A stretch of 64,000 bases of DNA from Nitrospirota bacterium (GTDB lineage Bacteria > Nitrospirota > UBA9217): NCBI GenBank assembly GCA_963840455.1, contig CAWIYV010000007.1, positions 416,001-480,000 of the forward strand, written 5' to 3'. A program made the position numbers and the translations under genes. The notes beneath the pieces were generated by a model. It worked only from the letters and a program-made list of their open reading frames with translations, did not search any database and was not told where the DNA came from. Position 1 is the stretch's first letter; every line of letters starts with the position of its first letter. Shown here one piece after another: positions 28,799-37,737 of the stretch.

Positions 28799-29647
28799 AT
28801 GAATACGATAAAAACAGTGGTTCTTTTGACCTTTTTGACGGTGCTGCTCGTGTTCGTGGGCGGAGCGATCGGCGGCAGGAGCGGCATGATCATCGCCTTC
28901 GGCATGGCACTGGTCATGAACTTCGTGTCCTACTGGTTCAGCGACAAGATCGTCCTGTCCATGTACCACGCCCAGCCGGTCACCGAGGCGCAGGCCCCGG
29001 ACCTGTATGGTTCTGTGCGCAGGCTCAGCCAGAAGGCTGGCCTGCCCATGCCCAAGGTCTACATCATCCCGGAGCAGGCGCTCAACGCCTTTGCCACGGG
29101 CCGGAACCCGGAGCACGGCGTCGTGGCCGTGACTGAGGGGATCCTGCGGGCGCTGTCCCGTGAGGAACTGGAGGGTGTGCTCTCCCATGAACTGTCGCAC
29201 ATCAAGCACCGCGACATCCTGACCGGCACCATCGTGGCGACCATCGCCGGCGCGATCAGCATGCTGGCACAGATGGCGCAGTGGGCGATGCTCTTCGGCG
29301 GCGGCAGGCGGGACGACGACGAGGGCGGCAGCCCGATCGTGGCCCTGGTCATGATGATCGTGGCGCCCATCGCGGCCATGCTGGTGCAGATGGCCATCTC
29401 GCGCACGCGGGAATACGAGGCCGACAAGGGCGGCGCGCAGATCGCGGGAAATCCCTACGGTCTCGTGAACGCGCTCCAGAAGCTCGAACAGGCTGCGCAG
29501 GTCGTACCGATGCAGGACGCGAAGCCCGCAACGGCGCACATGTTCATCGTGAACCCGCTGACGGGCGGTGGGCTCATGAAACTGTTCAGCACCCATCCGC
29601 CGATCGCGGAGCGGGTGAAGAGGCTGAGAGAGCTGGCCCGGGGATAA
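28799..29647 (+). CDS. htpX: Zinc metalloprotease HtpX
   Basis: [29 protein letters not shown]; AGGAGG upstream. Confidence 0.95.
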   Translation: MNTIKTVVLLTFLTVLLVFVGGAIGGRSGMIIAFGMALVMNFVSYWFSDKIVLSMYHAQPVTEAQAPDLYGSVRRLSQKAGLPMPKVYIIPEQALNAFATGRNPEHGVVAVTEGILRALSREELEGVLSHELSHIKHRDILTGTIVATIAGAISMLAQMAQWAMLFGGGRRDDDEGGSPIVALVMMIVAPIAAMLVQMAISRTREYEADKGGAQIAGNPYGLVNALQKLEQAAQVVPMQDAKPATAHMFIVNPLTGGGLMKLFSTHPPIAERVKRLRELARG

Positions 29648-29672
29648 CCATTCTCTCATGTGATCCAGGTAC

Positions 29673-29706
29673 AGCCCTGCCGGCACGTCGGCAGGGCTTT
29701 TCTTTT
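29673..29706 (+). terminator. Intrinsic terminator of htpX
   Basis: AGCCCTGCCG-gcacgt-CGGCAGGGCT-TTTCTTTT. Confidence 0.85.
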
Positions 29707-29805
29707 CCGCTTTCCGGGCGTGTCGCATCGGCGGAGTCCGGCAGTATTGCCTTGAAAATCCCGCAACCCTGTGATAAGTTGATGATCGATCAGCGGCCAT
29801 GGAAA

Positions 29806-29919
29806 ATCCAGGAGCGAGCGCAATTCCCGCAGCCTGATGCGGGGTTAGCGAGCGATTAGGATGACGAAACTACCGTGAGGATCGAAGATTCCCTGCAGCT
29901 TGCTGCAGGGAGCTTCAAT
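29806..29919 (+). mobile_element. ~115-bp two-hairpin non-autonomous element, copy 1 (IS200/IS605-end-like)
   Basis: High similarity to the reverse complement of 57802-57916; hairpin CCCTGCAGCTTGCTGCAGGG. Confidence 0.7.
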
Positions 29920-29942
29920 TGCCCGTTGAAGGAGGTGTTGAC

Positions 29943-30350
29943 GTGCGGTACCGGTATATTTCCTACAAATATTCCCGCAAGGTGAGCCCGGACACGGCGC
30001 TCCAGAACATCTGGGAGACCTTCGGCACCTGGGCAATGCCGGTTGCTTCCGGGTGGCGGCCGCCGACGGACGTCTTCGAGACACCCGACCAGCTTATCGT
30101 CCTGATCGAGGTCGCCGGGGTTACCGAGGAGGACATCAGCGTGACCCTGTTTAGTGATCTCCTGGTGGTGGAGGGGGTCCGCGAACAGCCGCAGTTCTTC
30201 AAGGGGGGCATGTCGGCCTGCCACCAGCTGGGGATCAAGTACGGCGATTTCCGCTCCGAGGTCTACATCCCGGTCAACGTGGACCACGACAACGTGACGG
30301 CGGAATACAAGAACGGCCTGCTCAAGATCGTCCTGCGGAAGATCGGATGA
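29943..30350 (+). CDS. Hsp20/alpha-crystallin small heat-shock protein
   Basis: WRPPTDVFET, YGDF, AEYKNGLLKI; GTG start after AAGGAGGT. Confidence 0.85.
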   Translation: MRYRYISYKYSRKVSPDTALQNIWETFGTWAMPVASGWRPPTDVFETPDQLIVLIEVAGVTEEDISVTLFSDLLVVEGVREQPQFFKGGMSACHQLGIKYGDFRSEVYIPVNVDHDNVTAEYKNGLLKIVLRKIG

Positions 30351-30432
30351 TCCGCACATGAATATCCGGCAGGGATTCAAAGGACTGTTCCAAAAACGTG
30401 CGCAACCCACGCAACCAACGAGGAGCAACGAG

Positions 30433-32814
30433 ATGGAAGACAAACTCGAGGCACAACCTGAAAAGATACCGCCGGTGCCCGCGGAGCTGCCGCTCCTTCC
30501 GCTGAAGGACACGGTGGTCTATCCGATGACGGTCTACCCGCTCGTGATCGGCAAGGAAAAGTCCATCAAGCTGATCAACGACATCACGGTGGGGGACAAG
30601 ATCCTGGCACTCACGGCCCAGAAGAGGACGGACGTGGAGGTTGCAAGTCCCGGCGATGTGTACACCGTCGGCACCATGGCGCGCATCCTCCAGATGGTCA
30701 AGGCGCCCGACGGCACGCTCCGGGTGCTGGTCCAGGGGATCGAACGCATCGCCATCGAGGGGTTCGTCCAGAACGAACCGTTCATCCGGGCGAAAGTGAC
30801 GGCGAAGCCGGACGCAAGCGAAAAGACGGTCCCCATCGAGGCGCTGATGCGCGGGCTTGCCGAGCTGTTCCAGAAGATGGTGTCGCTCACGCCGAACATG
30901 CCCGAGGAGCTCTCGGCGGCGGCGCTCAACATCGAGGATCCGCGTCAGCTCACCTACCTGGTGGCGACGAACATCCGCCTGGAGCTCGGGCAGCGTCAGG
31001 AGATCCTGGAGATCGACCCCGTTGCCGAGAAGATGAACCGGCTCATGCTGGTACTGAACCGGGAGATCGAGGTCTTGGAGCTGGGCAGGAAGATCCAGGG
31101 CCAGGCCAAGGACCAGATGCAGAAGGCGGAGCGGGAGTACATCCTGCGGCAGCAGCTCTCTGCCATCCGCAAGGAGCTAGGCGAGGAGTCGGACGACGGC
31201 TCGGAGACAAAGAGCCTGCGCGAGAAGATCGAACAGGCGAAGCTGCCGCCCGAGGCCGAGAAGGAGGCGAAGCGCGAACTGTCGCGCATGGAGAAGCTGA
31301 ACCAGACCTCGCCCGAGTATTCCGTGATCCGTACCTATCTCGAGTGGATGACCGGCCTGCCGTGGAATACGCTCTCGGCGTCTCCCATCGACATTGCGAA
31401 GGCGAAGGAGACGCTGGATGCGGACCACTACGGCCTGGAGAAGGTCAAGGATCGCATCCTGGAGTACCTGGCTGTGAAGAAGCTGGGCGACGAGCGCGGT
31501 GCAGGAGAGGGGACGCGGATGCGCGAGCCTATCCTGTGCTTTGCCGGCCCTCCTGGCGTGGGCAAGACGTCCCTGGGCCAGTCCATCGCCCGGGCGCTGA
31601 ATCGGAAGTTCGTCCGGCTGTCGCTCGGCGGACTGCATGATGAAGCAGAGATCCGCGGACACCGCCGCACCTATATTGGCGCCATGCCCGGACGTATCAT
31701 CCAGGTCCTGAAACGCGTGGAGACGCGCGACCCGGTCATCATGCTGGATGAGGTGGACAAGGTGGGCGCTGATTGGCGGGGCGACCCGTCATCAGCGCTG
31801 CTGGAGGTGCTGGACCCGGAGCAGAACAAGGACTTCCGGGACAACTACCTCGACGTTCCCTTCGACCTTTCCAAGGTTATGTTCATAACCACGGCGAACC
31901 AGCTCGAGACCATCCCGGCGCCGCTCCTGGACCGCATGGAGGTGCTCCGACTGTCGGGATACACGGAGCACGAGAAGCTGAACATAGCGAAAAAATACCT
32001 GGTCCCTAAGGAGATCACGGCGAATGCCCTGAAGGCCGAAGAGGTCGTCATCGAGGATGAGACAATCCAGGGCATCATCAAGGACTACACGCGCGAGGCC
32101 GGCGTCAGGAACTTGGAGCGCGAGATCGCCAACGTCTGCCGCAAGGTGGCGAAAGCGGTTGCCGAAGGCAAACCGGCGCCCATCACGGTGACGGCAAAGG
32201 ACCTCCGCGACTATCTCGGCAGGCCGCGGTTCTTCGCCGAGACCTCGGTCATGATCGACCGCCCCGGCGTGGTCACGGGCCTCGCCTGGACGCCCGTAGG
32301 CGGCGACATCCTGTTCGTCGAAGCGTCCATGATGCCGGGGAATAAGCAGCTGACCCTGACAGGACAGCTCGGCGACGTGATGAAGGAGTCCGCGCAGGCT
32401 GCGCTGTCCTATGTGCGGGCTCATGCCGAGGAGCTTGGGCTCAAGAAGGACTTCTTCGAGAAGACCGACATCCACATCCACGTTCCGGCAGGCGCCATCC
32501 CAAAGGATGGTCCTTCAGCGGGGGTGACCATGACCACGGCCCTTGTGTCCCTGCTGACCGGGAGGCGCGTGAAGAGCGATCTTGCTATGACCGGTGAGAT
32601 CACGCTCCGGGGCAAGGTGATGCCCATCGGCGGTATAAAGGAAAAGGCTCTGGCCGCGCGGCGTGCAGGGATCAAGACCATCATCCTGCCCGAGCGGAAC
32701 ATGAACGACCTCGAGGACATTCCCGAGGACCTGCGGAGAGAGATGACCTTCGTTCCCGTCGAACGGATCGACCAGGTGATCGCCGAGGCGCTGATGGAGA
32801 AAGAGGCGTCATAA
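30433..32814 (+). CDS. lon: ATP-dependent protease La
   Basis: GPPGVGKT, GHRRTYIGAMPG, PKDGPSAG. Start at ATG 30433 after AGGAG; alternative 30358. Confidence 0.96.
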   Translation: MEDKLEAQPEKIPPVPAELPLLPLKDTVVYPMTVYPLVIGKEKSIKLINDITVGDKILALTAQKRTDVEVASPGDVYTVGTMARILQMVKAPDGTLRVLVQGIERIAIEGFVQNEPFIRAKVTAKPDASEKTVPIEALMRGLAELFQKMVSLTPNMPEELSAAALNIEDPRQLTYLVATNIRLELGQRQEILEIDPVAEKMNRLMLVLNREIEVLELGRKIQGQAKDQMQKAEREYILRQQLSAIRKELGEESDDGSETKSLREKIEQAKLPPEAEKEAKRELSRMEKLNQTSPEYSVIRTYLEWMTGLPWNTLSASPIDIAKAKETLDADHYGLEKVKDRILEYLAVKKLGDERGAGEGTRMREPILCFAGPPGVGKTSLGQSIARALNRKFVRLSLGGLHDEAEIRGHRRTYIGAMPGRIIQVLKRVETRDPVIMLDEVDKVGADWRGDPSSALLEVLDPEQNKDFRDNYLDVPFDLSKVMFITTANQLETIPAPLLDRMEVLRLSGYTEHEKLNIAKKYLVPKEITANALKAEEVVIEDETIQGIIKDYTREAGVRNLEREIANVCRKVAKAVAEGKPAPITVTAKDLRDYLGRPRFFAETSVMIDRPGVVTGLAWTPVGGDILFVEASMMPGNKQLTLTGQLGDVMKESAQAALSYVRAHAEELGLKKDFFEKTDIHIHVPAGAIPKDGPSAGVTMTTALVSLLTGRRVKSDLAMTGEITLRGKVMPIGGIKEKALAARRAGIKTIILPERNMNDLEDIPEDLRREMTFVPVERIDQVIAEALMEKEAS

Positions 32815-33060
32815 CATCCGCTCATCGCAGTGGCCGTCACCACGGATCCAGGAACGAGCAGACAGATACCTATCAAATCCTTCTCAACAACAGAGGAAAA
32901 TAATTATTTATCGCGAAGTCGCGAAGAACGCGGGGGAGTAAAGACTCCTTCAAGCTTACAACAATGATTTAAAAAATTTCTTCACGACCGTTGCGCCCTC
33001 GCGGTTCCATGCTTTTGGTTCCGCTTTGTCCGGATGAGGAGATATACTGCCTGAGAACCC

Positions 33061-33093
33061 AAGATCCCTGCAGCGTGCCGCAGGGACCTTCAA
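33061..33093 (+). repeat. Partial third copy of the two-hairpin element
   Basis: AAGATCCCTGCAGCGTGCCGCAGGGACCTTCAA vs AAGATTCCCTGCAGCTTGCTGCAGGGAGCTTCAA. Confidence 0.6.
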
Positions 33094-33098
33094 CGAAC

Positions 33099-33974
33099 AT
33101 GCCAGCGCAATCTACATCCAGAAGGCTGCCCGCCTGGTTTAAGGTGCGACTGTCCACCAACGAACGGTATTCAGCGGTCCGCAGCCTGGTCCGCGAGCGG
33201 GACCTCCGAACGGTCTGCGAGAGCGCAGCGTGCCCGAACCGGAACGAATGCTGGAACGCGGGCACCGCGACCTTTCTGATACTCGGCGATGTGTGCACCC
33301 GCAGGTGCGGTTTCTGCAACATACCCTCGGGTTGTCCGACCGAACCGGACCGCAGCGAGCCCGAACGGATTGGCGGCGCTGTGGCCAGCCTCGGCCTGAC
33401 CTACGCTGTCGTCACTTCGGTGACACGCGATGACCTGCCTGACGGCGGTGCAGGACACTTCGCGGAGACCATCCGGGCCATACGACGAACGATGCCGGAC
33501 TGCAGGACCGAGGTCCTGATACCTGATTTTCAGGGTTCGTCCTCGGCGCTTGACGTCGTGCTTGATGCCTCGCCCGACATGCTGAACCATAACATCGAGA
33601 CCGTCCCTTCACTGTATCCCCGCGTGAGGCCGCAGGCAGATTACGGCAGATCGCTGCGGCTGCTGCGCAGCGCCAAGGACCGGGGCGCTGTAACGAAGTC
33701 GGGGATCATGCTTGGGCTGGGGGAGAGAGTGGAGGAAGTGCAATCGGTGCTGCGCGACCTTCGCGGCGCCGGATGCGAAATCGTGACCATGGGCCAGTAT
33801 CTGCAGCCATCGCGGGAGCATCTTTCCGTGCAGCGCTATTACCGGCCTGAGGAGTTCAGATCGCTCCGGCTCGGTGCCCTGGGCCTCGGGTTTCGCGACG
33901 TGGTCGCAGGACCGCTCGTCAGGAGCTCCTATCATGCCGGGGCGATTCAAGGAACACCGGCAGGCGGCGTTTAA
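33099..33974 (+). CDS. lipA: Lipoyl synthase
   Basis: CESAACPNRNEC, CTRRCGFC, VRSSYHA. Confidence 0.95.
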   Translation: MPAQSTSRRLPAWFKVRLSTNERYSAVRSLVRERDLRTVCESAACPNRNECWNAGTATFLILGDVCTRRCGFCNIPSGCPTEPDRSEPERIGGAVASLGLTYAVVTSVTRDDLPDGGAGHFAETIRAIRRTMPDCRTEVLIPDFQGSSSALDVVLDASPDMLNHNIETVPSLYPRVRPQADYGRSLRLLRSAKDRGAVTKSGIMLGLGERVEEVQSVLRDLRGAGCEIVTMGQYLQPSREHLSVQRYYRPEEFRSLRLGALGLGFRDVVAGPLVRSSYHAGAIQGTPAGGV

Positions 33975-34153
33975 CCTTCACCACGATGAATAGTGGGGGA
34001 CAAGGTCGACGTGACAGGAGTACCCAAGGAGATGGCCGGGCAAGATCCTGAATAAGGTCCTTCTCGACAGGACCCGGACTTAATTGGTTTGGCAGTACAT
34101 CATCCGCAAGATCAAGCACAGGCATATTCTCGGACTCGAAAGGTCGTATTCTC

Positions 34154-34993
34154 ATGAGAACATCGGTCATTGTGCCGACCTACAACAGGCCGCGGGCGCT
34201 CAGACTGAGCCTTCTGAGCCTTGCGCAACAGTCCATACTGCCGTCCGAGGTACTGATCGCCGATGACGGTAGCGGCGATGAGACAAAAGCCCTGATCGAG
34301 GAACTTCAAGTACAACTTGAATATGCATTCCCCATAAGGCGCGTCTGGCAGGAAGACATCGGGTTCCGGAAGCCCAGGATCCTGAATGAAACGGTCCGGC
34401 AGGCCACAGGTGATTATCTGATCTTCATTGATGGGGACTGCATGGCGCACAGGGATTTCGTGCGGTCCCATGTTGCCATGAGCTCGCCGGACTCCATTTT
34501 GAGCGGGAAACGGGTCGATATTGGCAAAAAATTGACCGAACAGTTGCTGGAAAAAGGTCATCCCATTGTAACGCTCAGGCCCGTCCTGGTGTGGGACGCC
34601 GTTGCCGGAGGCGAGGTCAAGTCCCGGAAGGTCGAGGAAGCCATACGCATCGAAAACACTCTGATCCGCAAGGCCTTACATCGTGACCGGATAACCGATG
34701 ACGGGGTTTGGGGATGCAATTTCAGCCTTTATAAAGACCTTTTCTACGCGATCAATGGGTGCGATGAGGATTTTCTGGACGGATCCATTGAGGACAATGA
34801 CCTTGGCATACGGGTCCTGAACCAGGGAAAGCGGGTCAGGTCTGTCAGGAACTATGCGGTCATCTTCCACTTATGGCACAAATCGTCATGGAGCTTCGAA
34901 AACGATAAGTATCAGCATAACCTTGCCATCCTGAAGCAACGAATAGCGAATAGGGAACCGAGATGCAGGAATGGGATCAGAAAGATAGTTTAA
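34154..34993 (+). CDS. GT2 glycosyltransferase
   Basis: SVIVPTYN, ADDGS, FIDGD, GCNFS, EDND. Confidence 0.88.
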   Translation: MRTSVIVPTYNRPRALRLSLLSLAQQSILPSEVLIADDGSGDETKALIEELQVQLEYAFPIRRVWQEDIGFRKPRILNETVRQATGDYLIFIDGDCMAHRDFVRSHVAMSSPDSILSGKRVDIGKKLTEQLLEKGHPIVTLRPVLVWDAVAGGEVKSRKVEEAIRIENTLIRKALHRDRITDDGVWGCNFSLYKDLFYAINGCDEDFLDGSIEDNDLGIRVLNQGKRVRSVRNYAVIFHLWHKSSWSFENDKYQHNLAILKQRIANREPRCRNGIRKIV

Positions 34994-35051
34994 GCAAGGA
35001 AAGAGGACAGGAGGCGGATTATTTAGAGGTATTTGCTAAGGCAATAATATA

Positions 35052-35079
35052 ATTTGACATAATATACATTATCAGACAT
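35052..35079 (-). other. dif site (XerC/XerD chromosome dimer resolution)
   Basis: ATGTCTGATAA-TGTATA-TTATGTCAAAT vs E. coli GGTGCGCATAA-TGTATA-TTATGTTAAAT; intergenic between convergent genes. Confidence 0.88.
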
Positions 35080-35133
35080 TTATGCAAAGCTAAATCTTAT
35101 CTCCAATACAGGCCAACCGTATCGTTCTGTTCC

Positions 35134-35970
35134 CTATAGTTTAATGCTCAACATCCCAAGGACCTTGCTCGAGTTGTCATACCCCTGATTCGTTCTGTGG
35201 ATGAACTGGGTGCCGAACGTCAGATTAAAGCGTTCGCTGACCAGGCGCAGTCCATAGGTTACTGCGTTGTAATTCCCATCATCAATGTTGACGAGATCCT
35301 TCCCTGACCTGCGGTTAAATTCAACGAGCATCTGGAGATTGCGGTACTTGCTGATGGGAACCAGGAACCCGGCGTTCAGCAGCGTGTAGCTGTCCCTCAG
35401 CGTCTTGTCGGAAACATCCTGGAGTGCCACCTGGCCGTCGGCATACAGTGCGATGATATGATCCTCCCAGGCGATCTCGCTTCCCAGGGCAAGACCAGCC
35501 CGGCAGCCCCAGTGGTTGACGCTGTTGGTCCCGGCTTCCCGGTCGCCTGTCGGGAATATCCCCGTTGCGATCATGGCGAGGCCGGGGCGATAACGGTTTT
35601 CCGGCTGGGGAAGCACGTTCCACTTGAACGAAAGCTCCGTGTCGTCCATGCCCCGGGACTTGATACCAGGATCTTCATTCCGGTAGACATATTGCGTTTT
35701 CAGCGCGAGTTCCTTGTTCGAAGCGAGGCCGAGGCTGATGGTCAGCGGATAGGATGTCGAAGTATATTTGGGAATAAGGCTGTTCTCCGAGAGCACTGCG
35801 GCCCCGATCTCGAATGTGCGCGGTGGAAGGGTGAGTGGCGATGTCGTGATGAGCAGCCCCGTCAGGCCTGAAATGTTCACCGGGCGGTTGATCAGCTCCA
35901 GCTCTTCGGCGCAGAGGCCGGCAGGTGCCAGGAACGTGAAGAAAAGTAGGGTTATCGCTACATGTCGCAT
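35134..35970 (-). CDS. Outer-membrane beta-barrel hypothetical protein
   Basis: Signal peptide, GLTGL, FPTGD, amphipathic strands. Confidence 0.55.
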   Translation of the reverse strand: MRHVAITLLFFTFLAPAGLCAEELELINRPVNISGLTGLLITTSPLTLPPRTFEIGAAVLSENSLIPKYTSTSYPLTISLGLASNKELALKTQYVYRNEDPGIKSRGMDDTELSFKWNVLPQPENRYRPGLAMIATGIFPTGDREAGTNSVNHWGCRAGLALGSEIAWEDHIIALYADGQVALQDVSDKTLRDSYTLLNAGFLVPISKYRNLQMLVEFNRRSGKDLVNIDDGNYNAVTYGLRLVSERFNLTFGTQFIHRTNQGYDNSSKVLGMLSIKL

Positions 35971-36249
35971 CACGGGATTGCCATTCTGACGTCCTTTGTG
36001 GAGATTATGCCGTAAACGGTTCTGGCCGGTTGGAACGGCCTATTTTTTTTATGCGTCATCGTACCAACAATGCAATGTTAGGTCAAGGGAATAATGCTCC
36101 AGGTAGATGATAAGTCGCTAAATTCATTGAAGTTAATGCAAATACCGGCCCTCGTCTCCCAACAATGAGGTCCTGCTTGACAAGAGACCTTTGCGGGATT
36201 ATCGTGTCAACCAATAAGCATCATCCTATAGAAAATGGAGGGAAAATAT

Positions 36250-36597
36250 ATGAAGGTGATATGTGCGGCGATATTGCTCCTGCTTTTCCTGTCCGGCAGT
36301 GCGGTCTTCGCCATGCGGCATGAGGCGACGCCGGACAAAGGCAAGGCGCTGTTCAATGATCCGAAGCTCGGCACAACAGGGAAAACATGCAACGACTGCC
36401 ACAAGGACGGAACCGGGCTGGAGCGGTCCGGGGAGAGGCAGGACCTGGAGAAGATCGTGAACAAGTGCATCACGGCGTCGCTCAAGGGCAAGGCGCTAAA
36501 ACCGAAGTCTGTTGAGATGCAGTCGCTGCTGCTCTATCTGAAGGGCCTGGGCGGGGAGAAAAAACCTGCGGCGAAAAAGGCACCGGTGGGATGTTAG
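36250..36597 (+). CDS. Small monoheme c-type cytochrome
   Basis: Signal peptide, GKALFNDP, CNDCH; GGAGGG RBS. Confidence 0.8.
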   Translation: MKVICAAILLLLFLSGSAVFAMRHEATPDKGKALFNDPKLGTTGKTCNDCHKDGTGLERSGERQDLEKIVNKCITASLKGKALKPKSVEMQSLLLYLKGLGGEKKPAAKKAPVGC

Positions 36598-36788
36598 AAA
36601 AGTAAAGATGTATGATGTATGAAGTAAGTAAGAAGAAAAAAGAGGAAATGGACAGAAGACAGCAGAAAGATACCTGAAACCCCTTTTCATGATATGCCGC
36701 AAAGGGGTCCTTTTTCAGGACCAGTGCCCTGGCACGAACACTGCGGTCCTGCTCTCCAACTCCTCGTGACGGATCAGAGAGTACAAGG

Positions 36789-36823
36789 AGCATAGAGCAA
36801 AGGGCAAGGAGCAGAGAGCTTAG
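36789..36823 (+). repeat. Heptamer tract, RGCWNRG-type x5
   Basis: AGCATAG AGCAAAG GGCAAGG AGCAGAG AGCTTAG. Confidence 0.75.
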
Positions 36824-36839
36824 CTCCATGCACCAGGCA

Positions 36840-37565
36840 CTAGGCGTTCTTCCCTATCTTCTGCTTATTCAGATATTCGAGAAAGAACGCAAGGAACAGG
36901 GAAACGAACAGGCCGGTGAATCCGGCAAGTACCATGTTCAGGCTGATCTTGGGCCGGAATTTCTTTTCCGCAGGGATCGCCCGGTCCACGACCTGGATGG
37001 TCGTATTGATGGACTTATCCTTCAGGAACTCGGTCAGGGCGAAGACATAGAAATTGGCCATCTCAGCGGCCAGGACCGGGTCCTTCCATTCTATGGTGAT
37101 GGTGACCGCTCCATCCTTGCTCTTCTTGAAATTAGCGACATCATCAAGGACCTTTTTGACCGCGTCCTGCATCAAAGGCGGCTTCTCCGGATCCTTCCAT
37201 GCGTTCCTGCCTGCGTCCCAATCATCCTCATTGAACCGCTTGAGCAGATCAAACTTCCGGATCACCTGTTCCGCAATGGTCCGGCTTTTGAGCACGACCA
37301 TGATCTTGTCCGCAGGCGTCTGGATCCCTGCTACGCCTGTCAATGCTCCGGCCAGCGGCATGTTCGAAAGTGCCGCGGCGAGCCCTCCTGCGTCAGGCCC
37401 TACCGGTATGAGCACAGTCTCGGACCGGAAGTATTTGGGCATCAGGAGGCTGATGACCATGGCCAGAAGGACGGCTACTGAACAGATGGATATCACCATC
37501 TTCTTCCTGCGACAGAGCACGTTCCAGTAGTCTAAAAGATTGATTTCTTCGCTGTGATCGACCAT
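36840..37565 (-). CDS. wzz: Wzz/polysaccharide co-polymerase
   Basis: EEINLLDY, two TM helices, VVDRAIPAEKK..P. Confidence 0.82.
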   Translation of the reverse strand: MVDHSEEINLLDYWNVLCRRKKMVISICSVAVLLAMVISLLMPKYFRSETVLIPVGPDAGGLAAALSNMPLAGALTGVAGIQTPADKIMVVLKSRTIAEQVIRKFDLLKRFNEDDWDAGRNAWKDPEKPPLMQDAVKKVLDDVANFKKSKDGAVTITIEWKDPVLAAEMANFYVFALTEFLKDKSINTTIQVVDRAIPAEKKFRPKISLNMVLAGFTGLFVSLFLAFFLEYLNKQKIGKNA

Positions 37566-37666
37566 AATCTTTTTTCCTCAAGCGCGTCTGCGGTGTCAAA
37601 AAGAACATTTCCTATCTCAATGGCCTCTTGCCAAATCGCAAGATCCTGATATCTGAATTTTGCCAT
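37566..37666 (-). pseudogene. Truncated four-helix-bundle (23S rRNA IVP-family) gene
   Basis: MAKFRYQDLAIWQEAIEIGNVL, then after a 1-nt shift FDTADALEEKRL; breaks at the wzz ATG. Confidence 0.65.
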
Positions 37667-37691
37667 TTTACCCTCAGGCCTCTGTCTTGGC

Positions 37692-37733
37692 ACCTGCCCT
37701 CTGCCCTATGCTCCCTGCACTTTGCTTTCTGCT
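37692..37733 (-). repeat. Heptamer tract x6, inverted relative to 36789-36823
   Basis: Minus strand AGCAGAA AGCAAAG TGCAGGG AGCATAG GGCAGAG GGCAGGT. Confidence 0.75.
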
Positions 37734-37737
37734 TTAT

